From Limnochordia bacterium (GTDB lineage: Bacteria; Bacillota; Limnochordia; DTU080), in assembly GCA_050951545.1 (NCBI GenBank), contig JBMNJG010000003.1, positions 231,881-295,880 on the forward strand: 64,000 nucleotides of DNA. The letters run 5' to 3'. Both the position numbers and the translations under genes were made by a program. Of this stretch, positions 50,465 through 61,503 are shown in pieces (positions within the stretch are counted from its first letter, which is position 1; each line of letters begins with the position of its first letter). The notes beneath the pieces are model-generated. The model did not search any database and was not told where the DNA came from. It was given only the letters and a program-made list of their open reading frames with translations.

Positions 50465-53122
50465 GTGCGCTCTTTCTTGTGCTACACAGGATGTGTCTTG
50501 GCCTTGCTCATGATATCAGTAGGCTGCACAGCAAATTTGCCGACAGAACGCTTCTATTTCCGTGAAGACTTCGAAGAGACAGATCCGGTGAGGGTAAGCC
50601 CATCGGCCAGCCCAAGCACCTATCAGGTCAACTTCAAGGGGTTAACCTCGGAACACAAAGCAAGCGGTCAGAGGTCTTTCAAACTAGACCTGACCTTCAC
50701 ACAAGATGCCACCATCACCTGGCGGATACCCATGCCCCGCCGGGTGCCTGCCGAAGGCAGGTTACACTTCTCCGGGAAGCTCTTCGTCGACCCCGCAACC
50801 ACCGCCCGGTTACCGGATGCCATACGCACAGCGCCCATGTACGATTTCCCGCCCAGTACAGTCGCGGGTTCTTCCTCAGGCACAACGGCCTCCTTTTACC
50901 GCCCCCAAGTGAAGGGCCGATGGCTTGCTTGGGAGCAGGACATCGTGGAGAACGCCCGAATGGCAAACCACTTCGCACAGTTCGATTGGGGCGACCCTGA
51001 CATCACGAATGTCGGGGCCTACATGACGCTTTACTTCGTCACTATGGTGGGCAAGAAAGGAGATCGCATTGTCATCTACCTTGATGACATCACGATAGAG
51101 GGCGAAGTACCGACACTCGCCGCCTACCAGCAAGAGATGGAGGAGAGATGGAAGCCTGTCTGGGCAAAGGTGGAGAGAAGACTACAGACTTGGGAAAGTC
51201 GGTTAGCCGCTCTTGAGAGCCAGCTGGCTGAGATCCATGTCGAAGACGCCGACACGGCCCCATTGGAGGCTGCCGCCGCAGATCTGATCACCAAACTGGA
51301 GAGAGTCATACTTCAAGCCAGGCACCGAGGCGCCCTTCGGAACACAGCTGCTCATGAGTTTGACGCTGACATCGCCAGACTTGAGAGCATGATTCCCAAT
51401 CTGCATTATCTGGCGAAGCACGGTGTCCCCCAAAGGCTGATTGTCACCACCCTACCCCCCATATCGTCAAGGCCTGTTCTGCCTCGTACCACAGATGAGC
51501 TACGTGATCTCAGCGGGGTGATCAGCGATACGCTGGGCGTCACAGCCACGCCCGGCGAATACGAGCCCGCTAGCTTCGTGGTATATGCTCTGTCGGATAT
51601 CCATGATCTCGAAGTGCGAGTCGGCGACCTCAAGAACGGTACTAACACCATTTCGCGATCCCAGATTGACGTGAAGACCGTCAAACGCTGGTACCAGGCA
51701 GGGAGTGCCTGGACTGGCATCGGCCAAAACAAGAGCAAGAGGGTCTTGGTGCCCGAGCTGCTGCTCAACGATGACACGCTTGTCAAGGTAGATCACCAGA
51801 CCAAAGAGAACTACCTGAAGCTCAGTTTCCCCGCAGAGACGAGATACGTCTGGATTAGCAACCCCCAGGGGGTCTCCGTAAGCACTATCCTCTCGTGCGA
51901 CAGCTACCCTGTAAAAGATAGCCCTACGCTCCTACCAGTCAGCATCGCTTCCGGTGACGACAAGCAATTCTGGTTGACAGTGCATGTGCCCAACGAGGCA
52001 CCTGCCGGGACCTATACTGGTCCCATTGAGCTGTATGCGGGCACGGAACGGTTGGCTGAACTGCAGCTTGAAGTATGCGTTCTTCCCTTCAAGTTATCTG
52101 ACCCCTACTATACCTCGAGTCTCTACTACCGCGGCATGCTCGACCCCACTGGCAGGGGTTCTGTCTCTTCTGAGGTCAAGAGCGAAACGCAGATGAGAAA
52201 AGAGCTCGAGAACATGTATGCCCACGGAGTAACCAACCCTCGCGTCAGGCTTCAGACCCGCCCTTGGGACCAGGGCATGGATCTTGCGGATCTGGAGAGA
52301 GTCCTTCAGATCCGCCAGGCGGTGGGCATGGGTGGCCAAGATCTGCATCTCGGTTACGGCTACAACCTGAACTTCGATACCAGCATCCCCGTGACACCCC
52401 AGCGCCTGGGCTACCTGCGCTACCGTGTCTCCGAGCAGTTGCTTCCACTGACCAGAAGATACGGCGTTCCCGAAGTCTACATGTATGGGATCGATGAGGC
52501 TAGGGGCGAGCAACTCGTCGCACAGAAAGAAGCCTGGAAAGCCATACAAGAGGCTGGTGCGAAGATAGAGGTGTCTGGCTATCGCGGCCACTTTGAACTA
52601 GTCGGCGACGTCCTCGACCTCCTTATCTGCGCTGGAAGGCCGAACAAAGCCGAAGCCGATCTGTGGCACGGGGCTGGGCGCAGGATCTGGAACTACGCCA
52701 ATCCTCAGGCTGGCGTGGAAGACCCCGAGGTCTATCGACGCAACTTCGGTCTGCTATTGTGGAAGCATGAATACGACGGGGCATGTACCTGGACCTACCA
52801 CATGAGTTTCGGTAGCATATGGAACGACTTCGACCACCCCACATACAGAGATCACAACCTCACGTACCCCACCATTGACGGCGTCATCGACACCATCGCC
52901 TGGGAAGGCTATCGCGAGGGTGTAGACGATGTGCGCTACCTGACCACCCTGATCGAGTATATCGAGAAAGCCTATGCCCTAGATAACAGCACAGCTACAG
53001 AGGCGGCAAGGGTGGCTGAGGCTTATCTGGCGGAACTCAAGGAGGATCTGGAGCAGCGCGATCTGTACGCAGTCCGTATAGAGATCATCGAACAGATACT
53101 GCAACTCAAGCAGTATCTCTAG
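50465..53122 (+). CDS. Large secreted protein with C-terminal glycoside-hydrolase-like domain (GH123/DUF4091-like)
   Basis: Signal peptide; PGEYEPASF, QFWLTVHVP..APAGTYTG, YGIDEA, WEGYREGVDDVRYL; GTG after AAGGAGG. Confidence 0.65.
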   Translation: MRSFLCYTGCVLALLMISVGCTANLPTERFYFREDFEETDPVRVSPSASPSTYQVNFKGLTSEHKASGQRSFKLDLTFTQDATITWRIPMPRRVPAEGRLHFSGKLFVDPATTARLPDAIRTAPMYDFPPSTVAGSSSGTTASFYRPQVKGRWLAWEQDIVENARMANHFAQFDWGDPDITNVGAYMTLYFVTMVGKKGDRIVIYLDDITIEGEVPTLAAYQQEMEERWKPVWAKVERRLQTWESRLAALESQLAEIHVEDADTAPLEAAAADLITKLERVILQARHRGALRNTAAHEFDADIARLESMIPNLHYLAKHGVPQRLIVTTLPPISSRPVLPRTTDELRDLSGVISDTLGVTATPGEYEPASFVVYALSDIHDLEVRVGDLKNGTNTISRSQIDVKTVKRWYQAGSAWTGIGQNKSKRVLVPELLLNDDTLVKVDHQTKENYLKLSFPAETRYVWISNPQGVSVSTILSCDSYPVKDSPTLLPVSIASGDDKQFWLTVHVPNEAPAGTYTGPIELYAGTERLAELQLEVCVLPFKLSDPYYTSSLYYRGMLDPTGRGSVSSEVKSETQMRKELENMYAHGVTNPRVRLQTRPWDQGMDLADLERVLQIRQAVGMGGQDLHLGYGYNLNFDTSIPVTPQRLGYLRYRVSEQLLPLTRRYGVPEVYMYGIDEARGEQLVAQKEAWKAIQEAGAKIEVSGYRGHFELVGDVLDLLICAGRPNKAEADLWHGAGRRIWNYANPQAGVEDPEVYRRNFGLLLWKHEYDGACTWTYHMSFGSIWNDFDHPTYRDHNLTYPTIDGVIDTIAWEGYREGVDDVRYLTTLIEYIEKAYALDNSTATEAARVAEAYLAELKEDLEQRDLYAVRIEIIEQILQLKQYL

Positions 53123-53154
53123 AACAGTACGAGGAAAATTGGGGGTAGAACAAG

Positions 53155-53970
53155 ATGAGCAAAATCCGTGTCTTGGCATTTGGTGCGCACCCCGATGATT
53201 GTGAACTGAAGGCTGGCGGATGCGCGGCACTGTGGGCAGCCCGGGGCCACGTGGTACGCTTCGTCTCTTTGACAAACGGCGATACTGGCCACTATGCCAT
53301 GGGAGGTGGTCCACTGGCCAAGCGGCGCCGCGACGAAGCCGCGGCCGCAGCAGCCGTGGCTGGAATTGAATCACTCGTCCTGGACATCCACAACGGTGAA
53401 CTGATGCCAGATATTGCGACCAGGAAGCAAGTGATCCGGATCATCCGTGAGTTCGAACCCGACCTCATGCTGACCCATCGCCCCAACGACTATCACCCAG
53501 ACCATCGCTATGCATCGCAACTCGTGCAAGACGCCTCCTACATCCTACGCGTGCCCAATATGACTCCTCTCACAGCCCCTTTGCTCAAGCCAGTAGCGAT
53601 CATGTACTTCTCCGACCGCTTCAAGAAGCCCACACCGTTTAGCCCTGATGTGGCGGTGGATATTACAGGCGTCATCGACACCAAAATCGCCATGGTCGCC
53701 TGCCATGAGTCACAGGTCTATGAATGGCTGCCGTATGATGAGGGGGTTCTCGACGAGGTGCCGCAAGGGGAAGCCAAGCGAAAAGAGTGGCTGTGGGCAC
53801 GCATGCAAGCCCGCTTCGGCCGAGATGCCGACCAGTGCCGTGACCAGCTTGTCGCTACCTACGGCGAGCCCGGACGTCAGGTCAAGTACGCGGAGTCCTT
53901 TGAGTGCTGCGAATACGGTTGCGGTCTTACGCCAGAGGCAAAGGCCAGGCTATTCCCCTTTCTTCCCTGA
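53155..53970 (+). CDS. PIG-L/LmbE-family N-deacetylase
   Basis: GAHPDDCE, LTNGD, RRRDEA, THRPNDYHPDH, CHESQ, AESF. Confidence 0.92.
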   Translation: MSKIRVLAFGAHPDDCELKAGGCAALWAARGHVVRFVSLTNGDTGHYAMGGGPLAKRRRDEAAAAAAVAGIESLVLDIHNGELMPDIATRKQVIRIIREFEPDLMLTHRPNDYHPDHRYASQLVQDASYILRVPNMTPLTAPLLKPVAIMYFSDRFKKPTPFSPDVAVDITGVIDTKIAMVACHESQVYEWLPYDEGVLDEVPQGEAKRKEWLWARMQARFGRDADQCRDQLVATYGEPGRQVKYAESFECCEYGCGLTPEAKARLFPFLP

Positions 53971-53988
53971 TCGCCCGTGACTCGTCTA

Positions 53989-54022
53989 GCCGGGGTAGCT
54001 GGCCTGCGCCAGCTACCCCGGC
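53989..54022. terminator. 15-bp perfect hairpin between convergent genes
   Basis: GCCGGGGTAGCTGGC-CTGC-GCCAGCTACCCCGGC. Confidence 0.7.
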
Positions 54023-54082
54023 ATGCACATTATGGATCAGTAGCGGTACGCCGCCAGTATCCGATCAGCAAGGCGAAACTGC

Positions 54083-57000
54083 CTAGTCGAACGTGATCGT
54101 GAGCCTGTGCTCACCCGGCGCCAGTATGAGCGTCAGAACGTCGCCCTCCATTTGCCAGTCGATCAGCTCATGCGAAGAGGCCACGGCCTTTACGCTCCGC
54201 TGTCCAGGCAGCTGCAACAAGAGCTCATAGGGCTGTGATCCCGGAACAGCCGGATGAACAACGGTGCCCGTGATCGTCCGAGCGTCAATGCTCATCTCGG
54301 CGCTGATGGTAGCCGAGGCGCTGAGCTGCAGACCGAACTCAGAGCGCCAGGAAGTCCCTTCTGCCATAAGCAACCCATACTCTCCGTCCTTATGCTGGCT
54401 CCAGGCAGCAGCGACGCCGTCCGAGGCACACTCCCCAACCGCCAGCTCACCCTGACCGCGCCGGAACAAAACCAGTGCCTTGCTTGACCCCTCCTGTAGG
54501 CGTACGCCTTCGCCTGCACCCGCATCAACTGGCGTCACTCGCAGATCGCGCCCAGCCCCCGACTTGCTTGGAGCCAACACGGCGAGGAAGTACGCCTCCG
54601 GGCTAGCCTGCTGGGTGGTGGCCGTCAGATGCCACTGCTTCGGCTTGTTCATTGGCTCATCCAAGGGTGTAGCGAACTCATCAGTCTGGCTGTAGCTCAC
54701 ACCGCGGTCTGACCACAGATACGTGTCTAGAGCGGCCTTATCCGCCTCAAAGCGAATGTGGCCCTTTTCCTGGTCGATGTCCATGGCATGGTAGGTATGC
54801 AGTAGCCAGCTGAAAGTGCTCGCCTGGGGTGCTAGGAGATCGTCAAAGAGCACAAACACATCGGGTCGCACATAGACGGCATGTCGCACGTAACGCTCTA
54901 GCAGCGCCTTTCCATATGCCTCCTGAGCGTCGCCCGCCGCATAATCAAAGCTGTCGCCGCTCAGGAAACCGATGATCTGGCCTCTGGCTGATAGCGATTG
55001 CGGCTGCTGCCCGCGGCCATTGACCAGTAGGCCGTTGTGAGCCTGGGTCGTCTTAGTCCACTTCATATGGTGCTCGCTACCATACCAAGGACGATATCCC
55101 GAGGAGATGGCTAGGGGTTCACCATATGCCTCCAGTGTAAAGGTGTTCTGATCAGCAAAACTATGGCTATAAGAACCGTAGGGGCTGCTCTTAAACATGA
55201 ACTGGATTCCGTCCTTCGCATCGCCCAGTTGCCTGTGAAACACTGTCCAGCCTATGTCGGAGAAGTAGGCAGAGGGCGGCAGATCGGTAGGCTCTTCGGC
55301 CTGTACACCTCGCCCATCATGCAGCATAGCCCGAATGTAGCCCATGACACCCATCTCAGCGATGGCGCCGAGTCTATTGGCGTACCACTTGTAGTACGGA
55401 TTGCCGTAGACGGCAGCCAAATGTGCCATAACTGAACCATCCGAAGTGACTGGGCCGCGATCGGCAAAATCACCGAACGGCCCCATCTTGCTGTAAGGCG
55501 GCTGCGTGTAAAGCTTGAAGGTGCCAGTGTTCTGGAAGAAAGCCTTCTGATACAGATCAAGACCCGTAGCCTCACGCAAAGCGTCTACGAACCAAAAGAC
55601 GCGGTTCATATAGCTTGTCCAGTAGGCGTGTCCTTCCGCCCAACCACCAGGGTCTTTGCCCCAGGCGGGGTAGATCGCGTAGAAAACACGAACTACATAG
55701 TCAAACCATTCCGTAGCCTCCGGGATCTCGCCCATGAAAGCGATAGCTGCCTCCCCCAGAAAGCCCAGTGAACGACCCGCATGACTCGCATACGGCCGAT
55801 TCTCAAAGCTGCGTCTTCGCAAAATCTGGTACGCCTCATTACCCCGATAGCGCATCACATCGAGAATCACCTGGCGATCCTCAGGAGTCAGCGCATCGTA
55901 AGCCCAGGTGTATGCCCTGCTCATCTGGTAGAGAATGGGCATGGATGATTCGTCGTTTACCGCCGCGCTAGTAGCCCCCGTGGGATCCCATGAGGCGACA
56001 TGTAGCATCCATTTGCGTGCGGCCTCCCCTGTCTCCTTATCCCCGGTCATCATGTAAGCAAAGGCCAAGGTCTCCATGGTGTTCGTGGCCTTCGTCGTAA
56101 TCGTGTACTGACGCCAGAGATTCACATCCCATACCCCGCCTGGCCTGCAGTGCGGAGGTTCATCGGGCAGTACAGCAAAGCGAGCACTCAAAGCACTGGT
56201 ACTGATGTTGCTCCACAGGAGCTTGTACAACAGATCACTTTTGCTTTTTTGGCGCCACTCGTCCAGTGTCTCTGATGTCACGAATAGACGCGGGTGGGTC
56301 TTGGGCAGCTTGGCCCGAACGGTATCCAACGGCGGTAACGCCAAAGAAGCAGCATCAGCATCGACATTGAAGGCCCGCACTTCCGTGGGTGATGACGCGT
56401 TCCCCCTGCGATCTACTGCCCACACCCGCCAATACCAGGTCTGTGTGTTGTCGAACTCAACGGATGGCGTATAGATGCTGATATCGATGTCCTCGACCAC
56501 AGTGGTCTTGTCTACGCCGAACGCTGGGTCCGTAGAGTACTCCAAGGCGTAAGAGGCTGCCCCGGGCACGGGAATCCACACAAAAGACGGCGGATTTGTC
56601 GTGACCACCGCGCCATCCGCCGGAGCATAATCCAAACTGCCCTCGTCCACCACCAAATCCACAGCTCCCCCCGCCCACACATCGTCGCTCACCAGTTTTA
56701 GTGAAGCGTTGTCAAAACGAGCAATCCCCACATCGGTGCTTGAGGAATACAATGATGACCGACACCCAGACTGTTCCAGCTGGGGCTTCCATGGAAGCCA
56801 CCATCTCCGTCCAGGACGGGCTGCCTATGGCCACCGACTTGTGCGATATACGTTTCTTGTCAGCCCCCCAGTAGTCGAGGTAGAGGTAGGCTCTGCCTCC
56901 TTCGGCAGTCATTGTCATCACAGAGGCGCGGTAGACCTGCCCTTCCTTTGCTGGAAAGGCATCACTACGAATACCAAAACCCCTCGAAGGATCATCATCG

Positions 57001-57236
57001 TGTACGGCAAACGCCCATTGGCCATCGTACACCTGCTCCTGTTCAGAACACAGATGCTGGCCGACATCGCCACCGAATATCTGCCACCCCGGTGGCAGGC
57101 CTTCCTCCGCTTGCACCTCGAAACCGGGATTCGACAGCAACTCCTCTCCCGCCAATCCATGCCCTTGACAGATCGCAAGGAACCCTAGGGTCAGTAGCAG
57201 GACCGACCATACACTACGTGCCCCACGCAACTTCAT
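54083..57236 (-). pseudogene. Secreted CBM + DUF4962/heparinase II/III-like polysaccharide lyase, split by a +1 frameshift near 56753
   Basis: 5' ORF: signal peptide + LLSNPGFE..PPGW CBM-like domain. 3' ORF: NPPSFVW, HPRLFV, GGWAEGHAYW, PFGD, SHSFADQNTF, AHNGLLVNG. Removing one A in GTCATC-A-TTGTAT joins ...WVSVI to LYSSSTDVGIARFDNASL. Confidence 0.75.
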
Positions 57237-57425
57237 TCCCCCTTGTCAAGAAAGTGCCTGAAGACAACTTCGATAGATCAGGCCTACACCCTGCAATACC
57301 CGAGTCCTCACCACAGGTCTTTGGGGTTGAGGTCTGGCAAACGTGTCTCGGCAGTTCCTTGTTCTGCCAGTGACAATGCGCCCATGGTACAATGGCATCA
57401 GAAAAGCTGGAAGGGGACGGCAGAT

Positions 57426-58493
57426 TTGCACACCTATCGTATTGCAGTTATTGCTGGCGACGGTATCGGTCGAGAGGTGGTGCCCGCGGCTCAGCAGGTG
57501 CTTGATCGCGTAGCAGAGATAGACGGCAGCTTTCATCTAGCCTACTCCGCTTTTCCCTGGAGTTGCGAGTGGTACACGAAGACCGGGCGCATGATGCCAG
57601 AGGATGGCCTGCACCAGCTACGCCCATTTGACGCCATTTTCCTGGGTGCCGTGGGTTTCCCTGGCGTGGCTGACCACGTATCGCTGTGGGGCCTGCTTCT
57701 GCCGATTAGACGCCAGTTCCGCCAGTATGTGAATCTACGTCCGGTCAAGCTGCTTCCAGGCATCCCCTCACCGTTAGCCGGCAAGACAACAGAGGATATC
57801 GATTTTCTGGTCGTACGGGAGAACAACGAGGGTGAGTACTCGAGCATGGGCGGGAGGCTCTATGCTGGAAGCCCACAGGAGATAGTCGTGCAGAACGCCG
57901 TCTTCACGCGCTTTGGTGTCGAACGTATCATGCGCTACGCTTTCGACTTAGCGCGGACCAAAGGAAACCGACACCATGTAACCTCTGCGACCAAGTCAAA
58001 TGGGATCAACCACACCATGCCCTTCTGGGACGAAGTGTTCGCAGAGATCTCCGCCCAGTACCCAGACTGCAGCACCGATCAGTACCATATCGACGCCCTG
58101 GCAGCCAGGTTCGTTACCCACCCAGAACGCTTTGACGTCGTAGTGGCGTCTAACCTGTTTGGAGACATTCTGACCGACCTCGGGGCGGCGATTGCGGGTA
58201 GCATAGGCTTGGCCCCTTCGGGCAACATCAACCCCGAAAAAGAGTACCCCTCAATGTTTGAGCCCGTGCATGGCTCTGCGCCAGACATCGCTGGTCAGGG
58301 AGTGGCTAATCCTCTGGGTCAGATCTGGTCGGGAGCGATGATGCTCGAGCATTTGGGCCAGCAAGACGCTGCAGAGCGCATCATGACCGCGATGGAGAGA
58401 GTCTTGCTGGCTGGCATCAAGACACCCGATCTCGGGGGCAACGCCAACACCACTATGGTCGCAGAGGCGGTGTGCGATGAACTCAGCGGCTAA
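57426..58493 (+). CDS. Tartrate dehydrogenase / D-malate dehydrogenase (decarboxylating)
   Basis: IAGDGIGREV, DHVSLWGLL, QYVNLRP, RENNEGEYS, SATKSNG, MPFWD, NLFGDILTDL, FEPVHGSAPDI. Confidence 0.92.
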   Translation: MHTYRIAVIAGDGIGREVVPAAQQVLDRVAEIDGSFHLAYSAFPWSCEWYTKTGRMMPEDGLHQLRPFDAIFLGAVGFPGVADHVSLWGLLLPIRRQFRQYVNLRPVKLLPGIPSPLAGKTTEDIDFLVVRENNEGEYSSMGGRLYAGSPQEIVVQNAVFTRFGVERIMRYAFDLARTKGNRHHVTSATKSNGINHTMPFWDEVFAEISAQYPDCSTDQYHIDALAARFVTHPERFDVVVASNLFGDILTDLGAAIAGSIGLAPSGNINPEKEYPSMFEPVHGSAPDIAGQGVANPLGQIWSGAMMLEHLGQQDAAERIMTAMERVLLAGIKTPDLGGNANTTMVAEAVCDELSG

Positions 58494-58865
58494 GTCACCT
58501 GCCAGGCAGCTTCCTGACGCTCAGGGGCCTCATATCCGGAAGATTGTCCTTCAAAAAGGCAGCCAGTATATTCTGCACGATCGGTTCCCTGGCAATAAGT
58601 GAGACTTGGATCTCGCTCTGGCTCGCGCTAGACTCCCCGATCAAGGGACGCAGTGCTTCCATATGATCTGGATGGCCCTGCATCGCGATCTCCAGAGGTG
58701 CCGCTGCGCCACCGAACAGACCTATCTCCCTGGTTGGTTTATCGGGTGACCTCCTTTCTCGGTACATCACTATCTGCGGCAGCCTGCTTAGCACGTCGGT
58801 GGCTGCAAGCCAGGAGGGCCACGCGAGCAGCTTGCGTTCGCTAGGGTTGGTGTCCAGACGCTTTC

Positions 58866-58922
58866 TTGACGGCTCCCGTGTGTTGCACTATGGTAGCCTT
58901 GTTGTGGCACCGATGCACTATG
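58866..58922 (+). promoter_or_regulatory. SigA promoter with TGCACTATG direct repeats
   Basis: TTGACG-N17-TATGGT; TGCACTATG at 58884 and 58914. Confidence 0.6.
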
Positions 58923-58986
58923 CCCATCTAGTCTGTCTTAAGGTCTAGCTTCCAAGCTCAAGTCTGTAGCAGGAGGATGAGACGAG

Positions 58987-60561
58987 ATGCGTTTGTCCAG
59001 CTTGTGTCTGCCTGCGCTCTTGGCCATGTGTTGCACCGCGTACGCTGGTGAACGAGAAGTACCTATCCGAACCCTCGAACTTCCTCCAGGTCCAGGTAAT
59101 CCTCGCAATAGCGAGGGGGCTTTCGTTTCGCTCAAAGACGGGCGTATCCTCTTCATCTACTCACACTATACAGCGGGTCACGGGGCTGACCATGACCCCG
59201 CTCAGCTGTGCGGACGTTACTCGTCCGACGGTGGGAGAACATGGAGTGCAGAAGACCGCCTCATTGTGGAAAATGAAGGCGGCATGAACGTCATGTCCGT
59301 GAGCCTGCTGCGCCTGCAAGGCGGTGAGATTGCTCTTTTCTATCTACGCAAGAACAGTGAAAAAGATTGCCGCCCAGTGATGCGCTTGTCAACTGATGAA
59401 GGCGAAACCTGGGGCCCACCAATGATGTGCATCACTGATGAAATCGGATACTACGTTCTAAACAATGACCGCGTGATCCAACTCAAGAGCGGACGGCTAG
59501 TAGCTCCCGTCTGCCTGCACACGGTCAAGGATTCGCCTGAGATGGACCGCCTGGGAACGGTGATGTGCTACCTATCAGACGACAGCGGCCGAAGCTGGCG
59601 CCGAAGTCGTTCGACACGAAAGGGCTATGACACATCGGGTGAACGGATTACCATTCAGGAACCCGGTGTGGTTGAGCTGAAAGACGGACGTATCATGATG
59701 CTTATGCGCGCCAGCGGCGGATACCAATACCTTTCCTATTCTGAGGATGGCGGAGAAACCTGGAGCCCACCGCACGCCTCGGCGCTGGCGTCACCCATCT
59801 CGCCCGCTTCGATCAAGCGCCTGCCGTCTACTGGCGATCTTCTGCTCGTATGGAATGACCATTCCCATATTCCATCAAGCCTCCGCAATCGGCGCGTGCC
59901 ATTGAGCGTAGCGATCTCGCAAGACGAAGGCCAGACCTGGCAGCACATCAAAGTCCTGGAGGGAAACCCAGAGGGGTGGTACTGCTATACCGCCGTTCAT
60001 CCTCTGGATGATGCTGTCCTCTTAGGATATTGCGCCAGTCGCTTAGCCCACCTGCGTGTGACGCGGGTGCCAGTTGCCTGGTTGTACAGGGACGAACCGA
60101 TCACGGCTGCTGTCAAAGACACCGCCAGTCTCTTCGCAGGGGCACCTGAGGGACCCCTCCAACAGCTCCAGACACCACTAGGCGTTTGGAGCGCTGACGT
60201 AGAACATGCCGAAGTATACAGCTATGCTCGTGGCAAGGGCATTCGTATCCAAGGCGGCACGAACCGTACAGTGATTCTGACTCCGCCACAACCTGTGTCG
60301 TATGGGGCACTTACCTCGCTGAGGGTTGAGCGCTTTACAGCACGTAACCCCTATGAGTTCATTGTTGAAGCCCTGGTCGGTGAGACGTGGCACAGAGTAT
60401 GGCAGCAAGGCGAAACCACGACTGTCGGACAACTGCACCCAATTGACCTACAAGTCAAGGAGCTGCAAGCATCCCAGTTCCGCTTCCAGTGCACGTCAGT
60501 GCTCGGAGCGATCATCGCAGACATGTCCGTACCTTCTCTCGGAGGGTTTTTCCGCGACTAG
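58987..60561 (+). CDS. Secreted BNR/Asp-box sialidase-family (GH33-like) protein with extra C-terminal domain
   Basis: Signal peptide; five Asp boxes (SSDGGRTW, STDEGETW, SDDSGRSW, SEDGGETW, SQDEGQTW), QEPGVVEL, YCY. Confidence 0.85.
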   Translation: MRLSSLCLPALLAMCCTAYAGEREVPIRTLELPPGPGNPRNSEGAFVSLKDGRILFIYSHYTAGHGADHDPAQLCGRYSSDGGRTWSAEDRLIVENEGGMNVMSVSLLRLQGGEIALFYLRKNSEKDCRPVMRLSTDEGETWGPPMMCITDEIGYYVLNNDRVIQLKSGRLVAPVCLHTVKDSPEMDRLGTVMCYLSDDSGRSWRRSRSTRKGYDTSGERITIQEPGVVELKDGRIMMLMRASGGYQYLSYSEDGGETWSPPHASALASPISPASIKRLPSTGDLLLVWNDHSHIPSSLRNRRVPLSVAISQDEGQTWQHIKVLEGNPEGWYCYTAVHPLDDAVLLGYCASRLAHLRVTRVPVAWLYRDEPITAAVKDTASLFAGAPEGPLQQLQTPLGVWSADVEHAEVYSYARGKGIRIQGGTNRTVILTPPQPVSYGALTSLRVERFTARNPYEFIVEALVGETWHRVWQQGETTTVGQLHPIDLQVKELQASQFRFQCTSVLGAIIADMSVPSLGGFFRD

Positions 60562-60602
60562 CTGGTCACTCATCCACAGAACGACAGCTCAGGAGGGCAT
60601 GC

Positions 60603-61502
60603 ATGCAAAAGAGAGTCTATTCGGCCTCCATCACACCGCTCACGGCGGACGGGAGCTTAGACACTGAAGGACTACACAAGATCATCGAACGCAACATCAG
60701 GCACGGCCTCGACGGGGTTTTCATCCTGGGCTCAATGGGCGAATGGAGCCAGTTCTCTGATACTTTCCGAGATACGCTGATTGCAGAGAGTGTTGCAGCG
60801 GTAGCCAAGCGTATCGAACTGCTGGTGGGCATTACGGCTACCAGTACGGCCCGGGCCCTGGAACACATGCGACATGCTTCAATACACTTTTTTGACAGTT
60901 ATGTCTTCATGCTCCCCCCCGCATCCGCTGTATCAGATCCGGTGCGCGCCATTAAGACCGTTCTGGACAACGCCGACCGGCCCGTCTATTACTATCACTG
61001 CCCGCCGAACAACGGCATTGACCTCTCACTCGCTCAGTTTCAGGCCATCATGTCGCATCCGAACCTCAAAGGAGTAAAGAATTCGGCCAGCAGCATGTAT
61101 CTGCGTCGCGAACTGATCTTGATGAAAAAGGAGAAGGGATTGCAGACAGTACTGCTGGAAGGGCAGGAGTGGGCAGCCGACGAGGCACTGATAGTAGGCT
61201 ACGATGGCATGCTGTGCGGCATCGGAGCATTGGGCTCGAAGCTGATGGTGCGCCTGGCGCGCGCGGTGGACGCCCACGACATCACGGAGGCAGTTCGCCT
61301 GCAAAACCGCCTCATCCGGCTTTTCCACGGTGTTTACGGAAGGCAGCTGCAGACGGTCTGGGTGGGGCAGAAATATGCCTTGAAGTGCCTCGGCCTGTGT
61401 GCGTCGGAACTGACGTTGGCTCAGGGGATGGGGACCCTCACAGAAGCTCGCAAACGCGAAATCGAAGACTGTCTCGCTGAGTTTCGGGAGGAGCTGGACT
61501 GA
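60603..61502 (+). CDS. DapA/NanA-family class I aldolase/lyase
   Basis: SITPL, ILGSMGE, VYYYH, HPNLKGVKNS (Schiff-base Lys). Confidence 0.88.
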   Translation: MQKRVYSASITPLTADGSLDTEGLHKIIERNIRHGLDGVFILGSMGEWSQFSDTFRDTLIAESVAAVAKRIELLVGITATSTARALEHMRHASIHFFDSYVFMLPPASAVSDPVRAIKTVLDNADRPVYYYHCPPNNGIDLSLAQFQAIMSHPNLKGVKNSASSMYLRRELILMKKEKGLQTVLLEGQEWAADEALIVGYDGMLCGIGALGSKLMVRLARAVDAHDITEAVRLQNRLIRLFHGVYGRQLQTVWVGQKYALKCLGLCASELTLAQGMGTLTEARKREIEDCLAEFREELD

Positions 61503-61503
61503 A

